From assembly GCA_904063045.1 (NCBI GenBank), contig CAJFCJ010000022.1, positions 703,812 through 767,811 on the forward strand: a stretch of 64,000 nucleotides of DNA. The letters are read 5' to 3'. The notes below the pieces were generated by a model. That model saw nothing but the letters and a program-made list of their open reading frames with translations. It was not told the origin of the DNA and did no database searches. The position numbers and the translations under genes were made by a program. Positions 60,872-64,000 of this stretch are shown here, in pieces (the stretch's first letter is position 1; the number at the start of each line of letters is the position of its first letter). Source of the stretch: Dimorphilus gyrociliatus (taxonomy: Eukaryota; Animalia; Annelida).

Positions 60872-62525
60872 TCATTGTCTACAGTAGGCACTCGTCGAAC
60901 TGGACGAAGATGTTGTCCATTGAGCGTGGCTTTGACCTTGGCCGTATTGAGCCATACATTGCGGGTACATTTGATAATCGTCGAATTGCTGCTGGTGATC
61001 TTGCGTTGCGTAATTTCTCATCGAAAGAATTGGAGCAGTTGGAGGTGTTTCGTACTGTTGGTCGTAAATCTGATGCGACTGCGTACCCAACCTGGGACCA
61101 AGAGGATTTGGCCAGTAGGGTGGTGGAACGGGAAATTGAGGTTGTTCCATAATTGGCTCGACGTCGTCCGCTTCGTAATCATCTTCGTAATTTTGAGGTT
61201 GTTGTACAATAGGCTTTGACCGATTACTGGCTGGAGCTGAAAAGAAGAAAAAATGATAAATAGAGGGTAAAACACAGTGTAAATAAGTCACCTCTCTCTC
61301 TCTCTCTCTCTCTATAGCAGAGAGTGAGAACGAGCGAAGAGAAGAAAAGGTAAATGGATAAATTAAAAAAAAGTAGGGAATAGCAGTGATAAAAAAGAAA
61401 AACGTATAAAATTTCTCTCTTTCTCTCCTAATTGATTATTTAAAGTTTATAAAATGATGTTCTTTTCAAACTTTATCTATCTTTTTTTCTCCTAATTCAA
61501 CTGAAAAGTTGATAGGCCTATAAATACACTAATAAAAAAGCACACTAGAAAAGTCAACATAATGCCTGCAGATAAGTTAAGATAAACATTCCGAAATACT
61601 CAGTCAAATACGCTTCATCTTTGAGCAACGTGATGCGGAATGTTCTCTCTCCTTTACAACGTCTATCCATTTCAAAGGTAACAGTTTGACGACCTGATTC
61701 CAAGGTCATTTACGCTCCGTCGTCAACTGGCCATTCTTTTAAGATCAAATGAAATAAAAACGCGGGTGGTCCAACTTTAAGACTTCCGTAGGCGTCTTAT
61801 CTGAGCAACTTATCACTATCAGTAAAATTTCTTATCTGAACATTTGAAGGCTGTCAATCAATTGAATATTTGTGCAAATAAGTTGTTTTTTCGTTCGTGT
61901 TTTCGATGGATGAGAGGGGATTTTCAATTTTTTTCGATAAGATTAAAAAAATTCCCCTACTTAATTCGATATAAGGGCGCTTCTTTTCCTTTGGTTTTTC
62001 TTTCATTCTCTTCTTCAACAGAATATGGCGTAAAAGAATTTTGTAATTTTTCTCATGTTATTCTTACGCCCTTGCCTTTTTTCTCTTCCCTTTCCTCTCC
62101 GCATATATTAGTATATACTAATATATATATATATATATACTCTATACTATACGCTCTATATATATATATATACATATATATCTACCTATTTATCTATACA
62201 TCTAGCTATCTTGCTATCTATCTATCTATCTAACTACTCGCTCTCTTTTTCTCTTGCTCTCTTCCCTTCTATTCCTCAATTCTTATTTGAAAATAATACT
62301 CTACCTTCAATGGGCGGAGAAGTCCTGTTTGACGACTGGCACTCGTCGACCACCGTCGAAGAGGGACTCGAATCTTGGAGGGGAGTTGTTGCCGTAGAAT
62401 TGACACTCTTTGGAGGCTTTCTCCTTCTTGGCTGATATTTGTAATCGGGATGGTCGACTTTGTGCTGAGTACGTAACTTTTCGGCCTCTTCGATAAAAGG
62501 TCTCTTTTCTTCGTCGGAGAGCAAC
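60872..62525 (-). CDS. SoxE: SoxE-group HMG-box transcription factor (Sox8/9/10, Sox100B-like), last two exons; 5' exon outside the window
   Basis: Exon 62305-62525 starts in phase 2 at the SoxE-typical intron position (W)R|[36 protein letters not shown]. It joins in phase 1 to exon 60872-61236 (P/Q/Y-rich tail, stop at 60872). No RPMNAFMVW-coding sequence was found in 62526-64000. Confidence 0.92.
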
Positions 62526-64000
62526 CTAAATAGGCAAAAAAACGAAAAGAAAATAAGCAAATTAATACGAGATTAAAAGACAGATTTGACGCCCAACTAG
62601 ACGTTTTTCTTTCCATTTAAAAAAAAGGCGATAAAAGGGGAAAAGAAAGCAAAATTTGACGGATCGAATAATCTGACGGGTGCTAAGTCGATCTATCCTA
62701 TTCTAAATCAACAACAGCATTTGTTGGGCGCGCGACGCTGAGCAAACATAATGAAATTGAATAAACACCTTCCTATTTTCATCTGAGTATAGAAATTGAA
62801 ATGAAATTGAAATTTTTCTTTTGGCAACTTTAACAAAAAAATAAAAAAAATACTTAAAAAAAAACGTTTCATTTCGTCTTTCTCTTCGGCACGAGACCGA
62901 CCAGCTTGATAACTTTCAACAGACCGCTAGCCCCTGCTCATTTAGCCAGTCATCTAATACTCTTTTATCCAATAGGATATATCTTATAAAAACACATCTT
63001 CCTACCCTCTCTTCCCTGTTACAATGCTATTAAACACTACCACTGTTACTGCTACTATCTCTACTTCTAACAACACCCTCTAATGTCCTAGATACTATGC
63101 GGTTTTGTGGTGGTGGCGGCGGCGGTTGTAGCCTAATCGCTTGGGCAAGATTCTTTTTTCTGGAATGTTGTATACATGTATTACGACATCAAAGTCGACA
63201 ATCGGTTAAATATTTATGTCGGGGATGGCGGAAAATTTTTCGAGAGTCTGCGGGTCAACGAGGTTATTGGAGTTGGCCGAGGACGCTGAGAAGACGGATC
63301 GGTTTGCTTCGTTTGATGTTTTGCCGGTACGGACGATTAGGTTTTCGAATAGAGTGTAAACTTACTGACATTCTTGCAATCGAATACGATGTTGGGGTGG
63401 CTAGGGTGGAGAGGGTGTGGCTATTTAAAGAAAGGACACGCGTGTTGTAATAAGGCGCAATTTGTTTAACGGAGACGTTTTAATCAGTTTTACCTGTTTA
63501 TTTTCAATGTAAAGTCTGTAATGTACAATAATGCACAGTAATGTACATATGTAAATACGCTGGTTTTATCTCGCTCTCTCTCTCTCTCTTTCTTCCCTCA
63601 ACGTCCCCCCGTCCCACCGTCCCCCGAATAAAGTACTCCACTACCCTTTTAGTCTATATATTGTTTAAAATGTCGTCCATCGCCCCTTTCTCTTCCGCCT
63701 TTTCCCTCAAATCAGGAATCTTTTCCAAATTAAAAAAGACAACTTTTGCACTGGTTTAAGTCAGCGCCCCAAAATATTTCACGTCAAAACGATTTTATCA
63801 TTCAATATAAAAACCACTTGACACCGCGTCATAACATCACGAACAACGCCGCTGGAGACGTTCCTAAAATCCTAATACAAAAACTAAGACACTCGCACTC
63901 TTCATTATTTACTCTCGACATCTTACTCGCGCTATCATTCCCCACTCCCCTCCCTTTTCTTCACTCATTCTCAGTCAGCTGGGCTTCGCACATTCCGCTG

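Noticed and set aside
60853-61152. Protein-looking plus-strand ORF ([16 protein letters not shown]...)
   Set aside because: It lies entirely antisense to the last SoxE exon and has no recognisable family; shadow ORFs are common opposite P/Q/Y-rich exons.
63097-63450. GC-richer stretch or plus-strand 117-aa ORF as SoxE exon 1 or a separate gene
   Set aside because: None of the three minus-strand frames encodes the first half of an HMG box, and the plus ORF has no recognisable domain. It is most likely SoxE intronic sequence.
3192-63759. The many 60-160 aa ORFs rich in SL/LS, YI/IY, ER/RE or F/L runs
   Set aside because: They are translations of (CT)n, (TA)n, (GA)n and poly-T/A tracts, many with non-ATG starts, with no splice-consistent context.
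1-64000. Intact transposon, CRISPR array, rRNA or tRNA genes
   Set aside because: No transposase or reverse-transcriptase ORF, no matching long TIR/LTR pairs (isolated TACAGTG/CACTGTA ends at 20171, 21652, 40137 do not pair up), no repeat-spacer array, and no rRNA/tRNA signatures seen.

Overview
Eukaryotic (animal, most likely arthropod-like protostome) genomic DNA. It is AT-rich, dense in (CT/GA)n, (TA)n and tetranucleotide microsatellites, and its introns are either about 60-150 nt or several kb. I reconstructed five intron-containing genes by hand from splice sites and reading-frame phase: (1) a GAF-domain phosphodiesterase of the PDE2 type on - (probable start 20100, running off the left edge before the catalytic domain); (2) trachealess/NPAS1-3 bHLH-PAS on - (10 exons, 659 aa, complete); (3) a Snail-family C2H2 repressor on + (2 exons, 251 aa); (4) RXR/USP nuclear receptor on - (DBD and LBD complete, start codon not located, one GC-AG intron); (5) the 3' part of a SoxE HMG-box gene on - (first half of the HMG box lies beyond 64000). 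I found no rRNA, tRNA, CRISPR array or intact transposon, and most short ORFs in the track are microsatellite or antisense artefacts. The most interesting observations are: a Snail that has lost the canonical SNAG and CtBP motifs but carries an eh1 (Groucho-type) motif and a MYC-box-IIIb-like motif; four developmental transcription factors from unrelated families within about 35 kb, with CTCF-like sites between them; a DR1 element upstream of RXR; a GCACGTG E-box cluster between trh and snail; and many TA-C(A/T)G-TA heptamers inside TA tracts that match Tc1/Sleeping Beauty-type excision footprints. All motif counts were made by eye and all regulatory calls are inferences.
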